DNA from: an uncultured Rhodobacteraceae bacterium
Lineage (GTDB): Bacteria; Pseudomonadota; Alphaproteobacteria; Rhodobacterales; Rhodobacteraceae
Reading direction: 5' to 3'
Assembly: GCA_947492585.1 (NCBI GenBank)
Contig: CANLND010000011.1
Span: forward strand, 15,719-79,718
Length of the DNA: 64,000 nt
Positions 19,903 to 27,938 of this stretch are shown one piece after another. Below the pieces are notes generated by a model. The model was not told the origin of the DNA. It ran no database searches and saw nothing but the letters and a program-made list of their open reading frames with translations. The position numbers and the translations under genes are program-made. Each line of letters begins with the position of its first letter. Position 1 is the first letter of the stretch.

Positions 19903-20057
19903 CTATATAATCAACTCTTACCCCGTGATACCCGGAATTTTCGAAATGTACAGGAATTTTAGGACCGGATGAATACCTAACGTGAAACTTCCATTTCAAG
20001 CCAAGGGCTTATAGACATCAGTAGAATTGATTTTCCAGCCAGCCTGTCAGGATCCCC

Positions 20058-20864
20058 ATGTCATTATTTCACCTCTTCATTGTTGCGATAATTCAAGGCA
20101 TTACGGAATTCCTACCGATTTCCTCCTCCGGCCACCTGATTCTCTTGCCCGCCCTCACAGGCCTGGAAGATCAGGGACAACTCATAGACGTGGCCGTGCA
20201 CGTCGGCACGCTGTTTGCCGTGATCCTGTATTTCTGGAAAGATGTCCGTGAAGGACTACTGGGGCTTCCGGTACTGGCCTGTGGCCACGTCAACACCCCC
20301 GGTGCAAGACTGGCACTGGGATTGATCATTGCCACCATCCCCACCGTCCTTTTTGGCGCCCTCCTGCATTTCACCGGCCTCAGCGACATGCTGCGCTCTA
20401 TGGCAGTGATTGGCTGGACCATGCTGGGATTTGGCATTGTCTTATATATCATGGACCAACGTGGCCCCTCCCAAAAAGAAGTCAAAGACTGGGGGCCACG
20501 CGACGCGCTGATTCTGGGACTGTGGCAAATGCTGGCGCTGATTCCCGGCACCTCACGTTCGGGCATCACCATCACCGGCGCACGGCAACTAGGCTACACC
20601 CGCGAAGAAGGCGCGCGTATCGCCATGCTGATGTCGATCCCAACCATCATCGCCTCGGGCATTCTATTGGGCACAGAAATGGCGGTTGAGGCCAATGCCG
20701 CCGTCATGCGCGACGCTGGCATTGCCGCGGCGCTGGCCTTCGTATCGGCGCTTGGCGCACTGACCTTGATGATGCGCCTGCTGCGCAGCGTCAGCTTTAC
20801 CCCTTACGTGATCTACCGCGTCATTCTCGGTGTCATCCTGCTGGTGATCGCCTACAGCACCTGA
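20058..20864 (+). CDS. uppP: Undecaprenyl-diphosphate phosphatase
   Basis: QGITEFLPISSSGHL, HVGTL, LIPGTSRSGITI. Confidence 0.96.
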   Translation: MSLFHLFIVAIIQGITEFLPISSSGHLILLPALTGLEDQGQLIDVAVHVGTLFAVILYFWKDVREGLLGLPVLACGHVNTPGARLALGLIIATIPTVLFGALLHFTGLSDMLRSMAVIGWTMLGFGIVLYIMDQRGPSQKEVKDWGPRDALILGLWQMLALIPGTSRSGITITGARQLGYTREEGARIAMLMSIPTIIASGILLGTEMAVEANAAVMRDAGIAAALAFVSALGALTLMMRLLRSVSFTPYVIYRVILGVILLVIAYST

Positions 20865-20888
20865 CGCCCTGCTACGACGACAGCCCAA

Positions 20889-20928
20889 ACAGTAAAACAG
20901 GCGCCCGATTGGACGCCTGTTTTACTGT
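20889..20928. terminator. Bidirectional terminator between uppP and the NDUFA9-like gene
   Basis: Perfect 15-bp stem ACAGTAAAACAGGCG / CGCCTGTTTTACTGT. Confidence 0.8.
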
Positions 20929-20944
20929 CTATCTATTTGAATAA

Positions 20945-21934
20945 TCAGATGTCGTTGCGCAGGTTGCGCGCGGAACCGACCATTTCGTCATATTGACCAG
21001 AGGGGCGGAATTTCCACAGATAGTCCGGCAGGACAGAGGCCAGAGCAACAGGACGAATGCCCAATGCGTCAAAGCCCTGCGCCTCCTCAGCCACAACATT
21101 ATCTGTTTGCAGGTTGCGCAGCTGATCACGGGTCAGCATTTTGTTTTCGACCAATTGCATCGACAAGGCTTGCATCATGTCAAACCCAAAAGCCATCGGT
21201 TTGGCCACAAATGTAGGCAATGAAATGATGACACGGCGGCGATGAATGACGTCAAGCATTTGCGCCATCAAAGCGCGGAAGCTTTTGACCTCGGGACCGC
21301 CCAATTCATAGAGACCAGGCGCAACATCCCCAACGATCCCCGCCACTGCGGCCTTGGCCACATCATCCACAAAGACCGGTTGGAATTTTGTATTGCCACC
21401 AGCGATGGGCAAAATCGGCATCTGCCGCGCCATGCTGCCAAAGCGATTAAAGAACCCATCTTCGGTGCCAAAAATGACCGAGGGGCGCAGCACAATTGCA
21501 TCGGCGCGATGCGCCGCAACGCCTGCTTCACCTTCCGCTTTGGTACGTGCATAGGCGCTGTCGCTGCGGGCGTCGGCACCAATCGCGGACAAATGCACCA
21601 TTTTGGCAATGCCCTGCGCGGCCGAAATGCGCGCAATGCGTTCTGCACCCTCGGCGTGAACAGCGGCAAACGAATTTTTGCCCGTCTCATTCAAAACACC
21701 AACGCAGTTCACCACCGCATCCGCACCATGCATCGCTGCGGCCACCGAAGAATCATCCCGGATATTGCAGAACACAGGTTCCACCTGCCCCGGCACGCCA
21801 TAAGGTTTGACATGCATGGCTTCGTTGGGACGACGCACCGCAACACGCACGCGCCAGCCCTCTTTGGCCATGCGACGGGCAATATAGCGTCCGACGAAAC
21901 CGGATCCGCCGTAAATCGTGACCAGTTTGGACAT
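20945..21934 (-). CDS. Complex I NDUFA9-family NAD(P)-binding atypical SDR
   Basis: TIYGGSGFVGRY, VVNCVG, HLSAIGA, YARTKAEGE, RPSVIFG, FQPVFVDDVA. Confidence 0.9.
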   Translation of the reverse strand: MSKLVTIYGGSGFVGRYIARRMAKEGWRVRVAVRRPNEAMHVKPYGVPGQVEPVFCNIRDDSSVAAAMHGADAVVNCVGVLNETGKNSFAAVHAEGAERIARISAAQGIAKMVHLSAIGADARSDSAYARTKAEGEAGVAAHRADAIVLRPSVIFGTEDGFFNRFGSMARQMPILPIAGGNTKFQPVFVDDVAKAAVAGIVGDVAPGLYELGGPEVKSFRALMAQMLDVIHRRRVIISLPTFVAKPMAFGFDMMQALSMQLVENKMLTRDQLRNLQTDNVVAEEAQGFDALGIRPVALASVLPDYLWKFRPSGQYDEMVGSARNLRNDI

Positions 21935-22101
21935 CTTGTGGCTCCCAATTTTAGCTGCAGTTCCGATTTACCGCCCCAAAGCCTGTGGAACAAGGCGCAA
22001 AACGTCGCTGATTGTGGACAAACCCACAGCCACTCCTAAGCTGTGTGTTCAAGGAAACATCGGTCTAGCACGGTCTTTTTAAAAAAACTTCAAAATACCA
22101 T

Positions 22102-22130
22102 TTGACGCCACGCAAAACCCTGCGTAAACC
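22102..22130 (+). promoter_or_regulatory. sigma70-type promoter of tRNA-Leu copy 1
   Basis: TTGACG-N17-TAAACC followed by a GC-rich discriminator. Confidence 0.6.
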
Positions 22131-22148
22131 CCGCCTCACGACATCTGT

Positions 22149-22235
22149 GCCCAGATGGCGGAATTGGTAGACGCGCTAGCTTCAGGTGCTAGTGTCCGTA
22201 AGGACGTGGAGGTTCGAGTCCTCTTCTGGGCACCA
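22149..22235 (+). tRNA. tRNA-Leu(CAG), copy 1
   Basis: 87 nt. Acceptor GCCCAGA/TCTGGGC+A+CCA, D-loop GGAATTGGTAGAC, anticodon arm CTAGC-TTCAGGT-GCTAG, long variable arm, GGTTCGAGTCC. Confidence 0.97.
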
Positions 22236-22366
22236 AATGTCTCATTTTCCCAACATTGCTGAATTCAGATAGCGAACGCGCATATGCGCCGGTTCGGATA
22301 ATTTGACGCCCGATCTGACCCTTTGCAGTCGACGTATAAATTCTCCAAATAACAGTCGTTTTTCGC

Positions 22367-22395
22367 TTGAAGCCCCTGATACCACTGCGTATATC
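22367..22395 (+). promoter_or_regulatory. sigma70-type promoter of tRNA-Leu copy 2
   Basis: TTGAAG-N17-TATATC followed by a GC-rich discriminator. Confidence 0.55.
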
Positions 22396-22413
22396 CAGCC
22401 CCACGATATCCGT

Positions 22414-22500
22414 GCCCAGATGGCGGAATTGGTAGACGCGCTAGCTTCAGGTGCTAGTGTCCGCAAGGACGTGGAGGTTCGAGTCCTCTTCTGGGCACCA
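22414..22500 (+). tRNA. tRNA-Leu(CAG), copy 2
   Basis: Identical to copy 1 except one base in the variable loop (GTAA vs GCAA); CCA is encoded. Confidence 0.97.
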
Positions 22501-22617
22501 CCTTCATGGTATTGTAAATTCCTAAAATCGATAACAAGACCGGCCAACTGGTTGAGTTTACCCACCAGACCTCTTATCTGCGCCCCATGTCCGCACGTCA
22601 GGCAAAGGAACGCAGTT

Positions 22618-23232
22618 TTGGCAAACCATCTTTATCAAAATGACCTGCCAGACGGTCTCTCGCTTGGGACAAGTGTTGCAATTGATTGCGAGACCATGGG
22701 GCTTCATCCGCATCGCGATCGGCTGTGCGTAGTGCAATTGTCCAGCGGTGATGGCGATGCACATATCGTACAGATTGCCAGAAACCAAACAGAGGCACCG
22801 AATCTCTGCGCCCTTTTGACCGACCCTAAGGTATTGAAACTGTTTCACTATGGCCGATTTGACATTGCGGCGCTGCTGCATGCTTTTGGCGCGCTGACCG
22901 CACCGGTCTATTGCACCAAGATCGCCAGCCGACTGGTGCGCACCTACACAGATCGGCACGGGCTGAAAAATTTGACACAGGATTTGCTCGGCATCGACAT
23001 TTCAAAACAGCAACAAATGAGCGACTGGGGCGCGGCCAAGCTGACCCCCGCCCAGCTGGACTATGCGGCGTCGGATGTATTGCACCTGCACCGACTGCAA
23101 AACGCGCTGAACAAACGCCTTGCGCGCGAAGATCGCACAGAGATCGCCCAAGCCTGTTTCGATTTTTTGCCAACCCGCGCCCGGCTGGATCTCGCGGGAT
23201 GGCCAGACACAGACATTTTCACACACTCCTAA
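22618..23232 (+). CDS. rnd: Ribonuclease D (short DEDDy 3'-5' exonuclease form)
   Basis: VAIDCETMG, KLFHYGRFD, CTKIASRL, QQMSDWG, YAASDV. TTG start at 22618 with AAGGA upstream. Confidence 0.9.
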   Translation: MANHLYQNDLPDGLSLGTSVAIDCETMGLHPHRDRLCVVQLSSGDGDAHIVQIARNQTEAPNLCALLTDPKVLKLFHYGRFDIAALLHAFGALTAPVYCTKIASRLVRTYTDRHGLKNLTQDLLGIDISKQQQMSDWGAAKLTPAQLDYAASDVLHLHRLQNALNKRLAREDRTEIAQACFDFLPTRARLDLAGWPDTDIFTHS

Positions 23233-23253
23233 GACCTGAACAGACCGGACCAA

Positions 23254-23853
23254 ATGGACAGACACTCGCGCATTGTTGCCCTACTAAAAGTTCTGCTGCC
23301 GTTGGCCGCATTGGTTCTGCTGTCGACGGTATTCCTGATCTCACGCGAGGCCGACACCGAAGCGCGAATCCCATTTGCCCAGAAAGAAATCGAAGAACGC
23401 ATGCGGGGCCAGCAGATCACCGGCCCGTTTTTTGCCGGCACAACTGCGGCGGGCGATGAAATCCTGATCACCGCAACCCGTGTGACACCCGGCGACGGCA
23501 GCGCCCCCGCCAATGCCGATATGCTTGAAGCCATCCTGCGTCTGGCCAAGGGCGGACGCATGACGATGCGCTCACAGGCCGGCCAGTTCAGCCCCAACAA
23601 AGACACGGCCCAGTTCAAAGGTGATGTCATCATTACTACGGCCGATGGGCTGGTGGTTGAAACCGAAGAACTGAACACCCATCTGAACGAAATCAAGGCA
23701 ACCGCCCCCGAAAGCATCCGCGCAAACGGTGCGCTGGGGACATTTACAGCCGGACAGATGCAGATCGATTCATTTTCCCCTAGTGGTTCAGTACATATTG
23801 TATTCAATAACGGGGTGAAGCTGGTATATGATCCCACAAAATCGGAAAGATAG
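23254..23853 (+). CDS. lptC: LPS export protein LptC
   Basis: N-terminal TM helix (KVLLPLAALVLLSTVF), beta-rich body, located before lptA-lptB. Confidence 0.8.
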   Translation: MDRHSRIVALLKVLLPLAALVLLSTVFLISREADTEARIPFAQKEIEERMRGQQITGPFFAGTTAAGDEILITATRVTPGDGSAPANADMLEAILRLAKGGRMTMRSQAGQFSPNKDTAQFKGDVIITTADGLVVETEELNTHLNEIKATAPESIRANGALGTFTAGQMQIDSFSPSGSVHIVFNNGVKLVYDPTKSER

Positions 23854-23856
23854 ACT

Positions 23857-24357
23857 GTGTTTCTTATACGTTCCCTGACGTTCATCCTGGCCTGCGTCGC
23901 CCTCCCCACACTTGCATTAGCGCAGGGAACTTTTGCCTTTGGCACGGTCAAGGCCAACCCTTTGATGCCGGTGGAAGTGAGCGCGGACAATCTGGCGATC
24001 AACCAGGCCGATGGATCAGCTGAATTTCAAGGCAATGTAGTTATCATCCAAGGCGTCATGCGCCTGTCTGCCGATCAGGTTCATGTGGTCTATAAAACCA
24101 ATGACACCGCTGAAAAAACCGGGATCGAACGGCTGCAAGCCAAGGGCAATGTACTGCTGGTCAATGGCCCCGACGCTGCCGAAGCCCAGACCGCAGATTA
24201 TAGCATTGACGCCGGCACCATTGTGATGACCGGCGATGTTTTGCTGACGCAAGGGAACAGTACGCTGACCTCCAATCGACTGGTTGTGAACCTCACTGCG
24301 GGCACTGCCGAATTGGCGGGGCGTGTCAAAACCATCTTGGTTCCCGGACAAAACTGA
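23857..24357 (+). CDS. lptA: LPS transport periplasmic protein LptA (OstA family)
   Basis: Signal peptide; PVEVSAD, FQGNVVIIQG, A.GNV, MTGDV.LTQG. Confidence 0.88.
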   Translation: MFLIRSLTFILACVALPTLALAQGTFAFGTVKANPLMPVEVSADNLAINQADGSAEFQGNVVIIQGVMRLSADQVHVVYKTNDTAEKTGIERLQAKGNVLLVNGPDAAEAQTADYSIDAGTIVMTGDVLLTQGNSTLTSNRLVVNLTAGTAELAGRVKTILVPGQN

Positions 24358-25115
24358 TGACCACGCCACAATTGACCGTCACCGAAGGCTCATCCGGGCT
24401 GCGCATTGATAAGATGCGAAAATCCTACCGCAATCGCGTGGTTATCCGGGACGTCAGCATGACGCTGGACCGGGGCGAAGTTGTGGCGCTGCTTGGCCCC
24501 AATGGGTCAGGCAAGACAACGACCTTTTATACCATTGCCGGTCTGGTCTTTCCCGAAGGCGGCACGGTGTCGATTGACGGACAGAACGTGACCACCCTCC
24601 CCATGTACCGGCGCGCGCGCCTTGGCATTGGGTATCTGCCGCAGGAAATGTCCATTTTCCGGGGACTTTCCGTCGAAGACAACATTCTGGCTGTACTGGA
24701 TATTTCAGAGAAACACGCCCACAAACGGCGCGAACGTCTGGAAGAACTGCTGTCCGATTTCTCGATCGAACACCTGCGCCGCGCCCCTGCACTGGCCCTG
24801 TCGGGCGGTGAACGGCGCCGGGTTGAAATTGCCCGTTGTCTGGCGGCCAACCCCAGCTATCTGTTGCTTGATGAACCCTTTGCCGGCGTTGACCCGATCA
24901 GCGTTGGCGATATTCGCAATTTGGTATCCGATCTGAAAAAACGCGGCATCGGCGTGTTGATCACCGATCACAACGTACGCGAAACACTGGAAATTGTGGA
25001 TCGTGCCTATATCCTTCATGACGGACAGGTGCTGATGTCTGGCACCCCGGCGGATGTCGTCGAAAACGAAAATGTGCGCCGCGTTTATCTGGGCGATAAT
25101 TTTCGTATTTCGTAA
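24357..25115 (+). CDS. lptB: LPS export ABC ATPase LptB
   Basis: GPNGSGKTT, LSGGERRRVEIAR, LLDEPFAGVDP, ITDHNVRETL. Confidence 0.97.
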   Translation: MTTPQLTVTEGSSGLRIDKMRKSYRNRVVIRDVSMTLDRGEVVALLGPNGSGKTTTFYTIAGLVFPEGGTVSIDGQNVTTLPMYRRARLGIGYLPQEMSIFRGLSVEDNILAVLDISEKHAHKRRERLEELLSDFSIEHLRRAPALALSGGERRRVEIARCLAANPSYLLLDEPFAGVDPISVGDIRNLVSDLKKRGIGVLITDHNVRETLEIVDRAYILHDGQVLMSGTPADVVENENVRRVYLGDNFRIS

Positions 25116-25147
25116 AGCTAGCAATAGACCTACTGGACCCGCATAGG

Positions 25148-25176
25148 TTGATTTGCGCGACCTTCAAATCAATTTT
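25148..25176 (+). terminator. Inverted repeat after lptB (weak terminator or operator)
   Basis: TTGATTTG-N9-CAAATCAA followed by TTTT. Confidence 0.45.
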
Positions 25177-25384
25177 AGCTTTGCCATTGACTCTCCCAGC
25201 ACTTTGTCATCGAATTGAAACATGGCAAACGTGCAGTATCATGCAGCAAGACGGCGGGCCCTGATTACAGGACCTGCTCCGCTGCAACCTGATTGCCCGC
25301 TGCCTAAATTCCACACCTAATCCAGTGCTTGCACGCCCGACATCACGTCGGGGGTATTGGGTGTTCATACGTAAAGGAGACCAT

Positions 25385-25948
25385 ATGCGTTACAAAATTA
25401 GCGGAAAACAGATCGACATCGGCGAAGCTTTGCAAATTCATGTTCAAAGCGAGTTGGGAGAAGTTGTCAGCAAATATGCCGAACGACCGACCGACGCCAA
25501 TGTTGTCTTTTCGCGATCAGCGCATGAATACGTCTGCGAAGCCACGGTCCACCTGTCCACAGGTCTGACAGCGCAGGCAAAGGCCCATGCGACTGAAATC
25601 TATGCTGCATTTGACAGCTGTAACGAGAAAATGGAGAAACAGTTGCGGCGTTACAAGCGCCGCCTAAAGGATCATCACCGCGAACGCAGTGAGCCAGTTG
25701 AACTTTTGGGGGCAAATTCGTATATCCTCGCATCTGAGGGCAACGAGTCAGTCACCGAACCAGAAACTTTGCAGCCAATTATCGTCGCTGAGATGGAAAC
25801 ACAGATCCCATCTTTGTCAGTCGGAGAAGCGGTGATGCAAATGGAACTGGCCGGCGCACCGGTACTCGTGTTCAAAAATGAAAACAAAGAAGGCCTGAAC
25901 GTTGTCTACCGTCGTGAGGACGGCAACATTGGCTGGATCGATCCATAA
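25385..25948 (+). CDS. hpf: Ribosome hibernation factor, long HPF (RaiA/S30AE)
   Basis: ISGKQIDIGEAL, YAAFD, KQLRRYKRRLK, and a C-terminal domain (LSVGEAVMQM..VVYRREDGNIGWIDP). ATG 25385 with AAAGGAG. Confidence 0.93.
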   Translation: MRYKISGKQIDIGEALQIHVQSELGEVVSKYAERPTDANVVFSRSAHEYVCEATVHLSTGLTAQAKAHATEIYAAFDSCNEKMEKQLRRYKRRLKDHHRERSEPVELLGANSYILASEGNESVTEPETLQPIIVAEMETQIPSLSVGEAVMQMELAGAPVLVFKNENKEGLNVVYRREDGNIGWIDP

Positions 25949-25993
25949 TCACACCGTCAAGGTGTGTCACGGCACCCGAGCGGAGCAGAACAC

Positions 25994-26458
25994 ATGCAGA
26001 TTTCCAGCATCCTCAAGCCAGAGGCTGTGCGCGTAATCAGCGCCGTCTCAAGCAAAAAGCGACTGTTTCAAGAGATCTCTGAAATCGCGGGATCTGCTTA
26101 TGGGGTGCCAGCGTCCCAAACGGTCGATGCTTTGCTAGAACGCGAAAGCCTCGGCCCCACGGGTGTGGGCCACGGCGTGGCCCTGCCCCATGCTCGGCTG
26201 AACCAGATCGATCAGGTATTGGGGGTTTTTCTTGTTCTTGAAAAACCCCTCGACTTTGGCGCAGTGGATCGCCAGCCTGTTGATCTGGTGTTCACCCTGC
26301 TCGCCCCCGAAGACGCGGGCGTCGAACATCTAAAAGCACTGGCGCTGGTGTCGCGCACGCTGCGCGAGCAAAGCTTTTGCACCAAGTTGCGATCAAACCC
26401 GGATCCCGCAACGCTGCACACCATCCTGACAGAGAACCAATCCATTCAGGCCGCTTGA
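25994..26458 (+). CDS. ptsN: PTS EIIA(Ntr)
   Basis: SKKRLFQ, RESLGPTGVGHGVALPHAR, DFGAVDRQPVDL, HLKALA. Confidence 0.95.
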   Translation: MQISSILKPEAVRVISAVSSKKRLFQEISEIAGSAYGVPASQTVDALLERESLGPTGVGHGVALPHARLNQIDQVLGVFLVLEKPLDFGAVDRQPVDLVFTLLAPEDAGVEHLKALALVSRTLREQSFCTKLRSNPDPATLHTILTENQSIQAA

Positions 26459-26498
26459 TCTGCTGTCACGGCGCGCTCCAAACTGATCGCGCCGTAGA

Positions 26499-27932
26499 TC
26501 AGCCGATATGTGCCCAAGGGCCAAACCCAAACATCAAATAATCTCGCTGGTAGATCGACATGCAGAGCGTCTCAAGCTCCGCATCGTAGATCTCGGACAG
26601 CTCATATGGCTGATCACTTGCAGCGCGCGGCACCCCACGCGCGGGCAGGCCCATTTTCTGCGCAACCATCGCAAGATCTGCCGCCATCTCATCCTCGCGC
26701 AGAACGAGGTCCGGCGCTGAAAATTCAGAAAACCCCGAAATAGCCTGCGCCTGGCTGGCCCAGCAGGCATCAACACGTATCGAAGTCTGGCCTGCGAGGT
26801 TCAGCTTGAGAAACTTCAAAAACGCTTCAAACGCGGCGCGATGTTGGGACCGATCATAGCTGCCATCTGGCGTCTGTTCAGGAAGCGGCAGATTGAATTT
26901 GCGGCGCAGTGTATTGCGAATCTTTAGAAACGCCTGTGGCCCTTTGTTCAATATTTTCTCACAGAACACGGTATGGGCCCGGGCCAAGGGATGCCGCACG
27001 ACGGTAAAGCTGCGGAACCCTGTGTGCGTTTGCATCCAGTGGCGCAGCTGTTTTTGATTCATTTTGGTGGCAAGGTCCGCGATTTCGATCCCATCCAACT
27101 CCGCCATCCAGTGCTGCACCTGCTGATCTGGCCCACCTTTGACAGGCAAAAACAACAAAGGCGCCTTGGTTGCAGCCACATAAGTGGGCACCGCCGGCCC
27201 ACGACGAGGTTCAAAATTGGGCGTGCGGGTCAGATTAAAACGATCCATGCCCGACAGAGCTTTGATCATCTCGTCAGTGTTGACGACCTTATCAGTAACC
27301 GGGGCCGGGTTTTGCCGTTTCAACGAGTCATCCAGCGCCTCAAGCTGATCTGACACGCCCAACCAGCGTGCCAAACCATTCATCACTGAGACATCCTGTA
27401 AATCCTCATAGGCCAAATAAAATGCAGACTGTCCGCTGCGTTGCAACTGCCCCATGATGTGGATCTGAAATTGCTGCAACGCATCGACATGCGCGGCAAA
27501 TTCTTCGGCATCAAACGTCGCCTGCGCCTCTTTGCGGCGTTTGACATTTGTCAGCTTCCACTGCCCTGTCTCCCGCGCAATTTTCCACGAAACATAGCTG
27601 TCCAGAGGATTTCGGGTCAGCACAATCTTGGCACAGCGTGGATCCTGCAACAGCAGGTCAAGCACACGTGGATCGTGATCATGGAAGTATCGAAACCCAG
27701 CCAACCCAGACGGGTCCTGCCGAATCGCCGCCAACAAAACCTGTGGCTCTTCTTCCCGCATGGTCTGCGTAATCCCCAACAGATCATCACGGTTGGGATA
27801 GCCAATAAAGTGCGGGTTAAAGGCCTCCCCATGGCAGGAGATCCCGTCAAATGCGTTTAGGTTGGCCTCAAGGAAGTTGGACCCGGTCCGCATTTCCGCA
27901 AAAACAACAAAAGTATCAAAATCTTGGGACAT
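26499..27932 (-). CDS. Two-domain sulfotransferase (NodH/Stf0-like N-domain plus Sulfotransfer_2-like C-domain)
   Basis: N-domain has 5'PSB-like MRTGSNFL and 3'PB-like LTRNPLDSYVS, plus YEDL. C-domain has LFLPVKGG, FTVVRHPLARA and terminal YQRDYLMFGF. Confidence 0.8.
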   Translation of the reverse strand: MSQDFDTFVVFAEMRTGSNFLEANLNAFDGISCHGEAFNPHFIGYPNRDDLLGITQTMREEEPQVLLAAIRQDPSGLAGFRYFHDHDPRVLDLLLQDPRCAKIVLTRNPLDSYVSWKIARETGQWKLTNVKRRKEAQATFDAEEFAAHVDALQQFQIHIMGQLQRSGQSAFYLAYEDLQDVSVMNGLARWLGVSDQLEALDDSLKRQNPAPVTDKVVNTDEMIKALSGMDRFNLTRTPNFEPRRGPAVPTYVAATKAPLLFLPVKGGPDQQVQHWMAELDGIEIADLATKMNQKQLRHWMQTHTGFRSFTVVRHPLARAHTVFCEKILNKGPQAFLKIRNTLRRKFNLPLPEQTPDGSYDRSQHRAAFEAFLKFLKLNLAGQTSIRVDACWASQAQAISGFSEFSAPDLVLREDEMAADLAMVAQKMGLPARGVPRAASDQPYELSEIYDAELETLCMSIYQRDYLMFGFGPWAHIG

Positions 27933-27938
27933 CGGGGC

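Noticed and set aside
22149-22500. tRNA direct repeat as attL/attR of an integrated element or a CRISPR-like repeat
   Set aside because: Both copies are complete tRNAs with their own promoters, the 178-bp spacer has no cargo, and no integrase or cas gene is present.
22303-22617. N-terminal extension of the rnd ORF running through tRNA copy 2
   Set aside because: The open frame is fortuitous; RNase D homology begins at TTG 22618, which has an RBS.
25148-25172. FNR/FnrL box (TTGAT...ATCAA)
   Set aside because: The half-sites are 15 nt apart; FNR needs N4.
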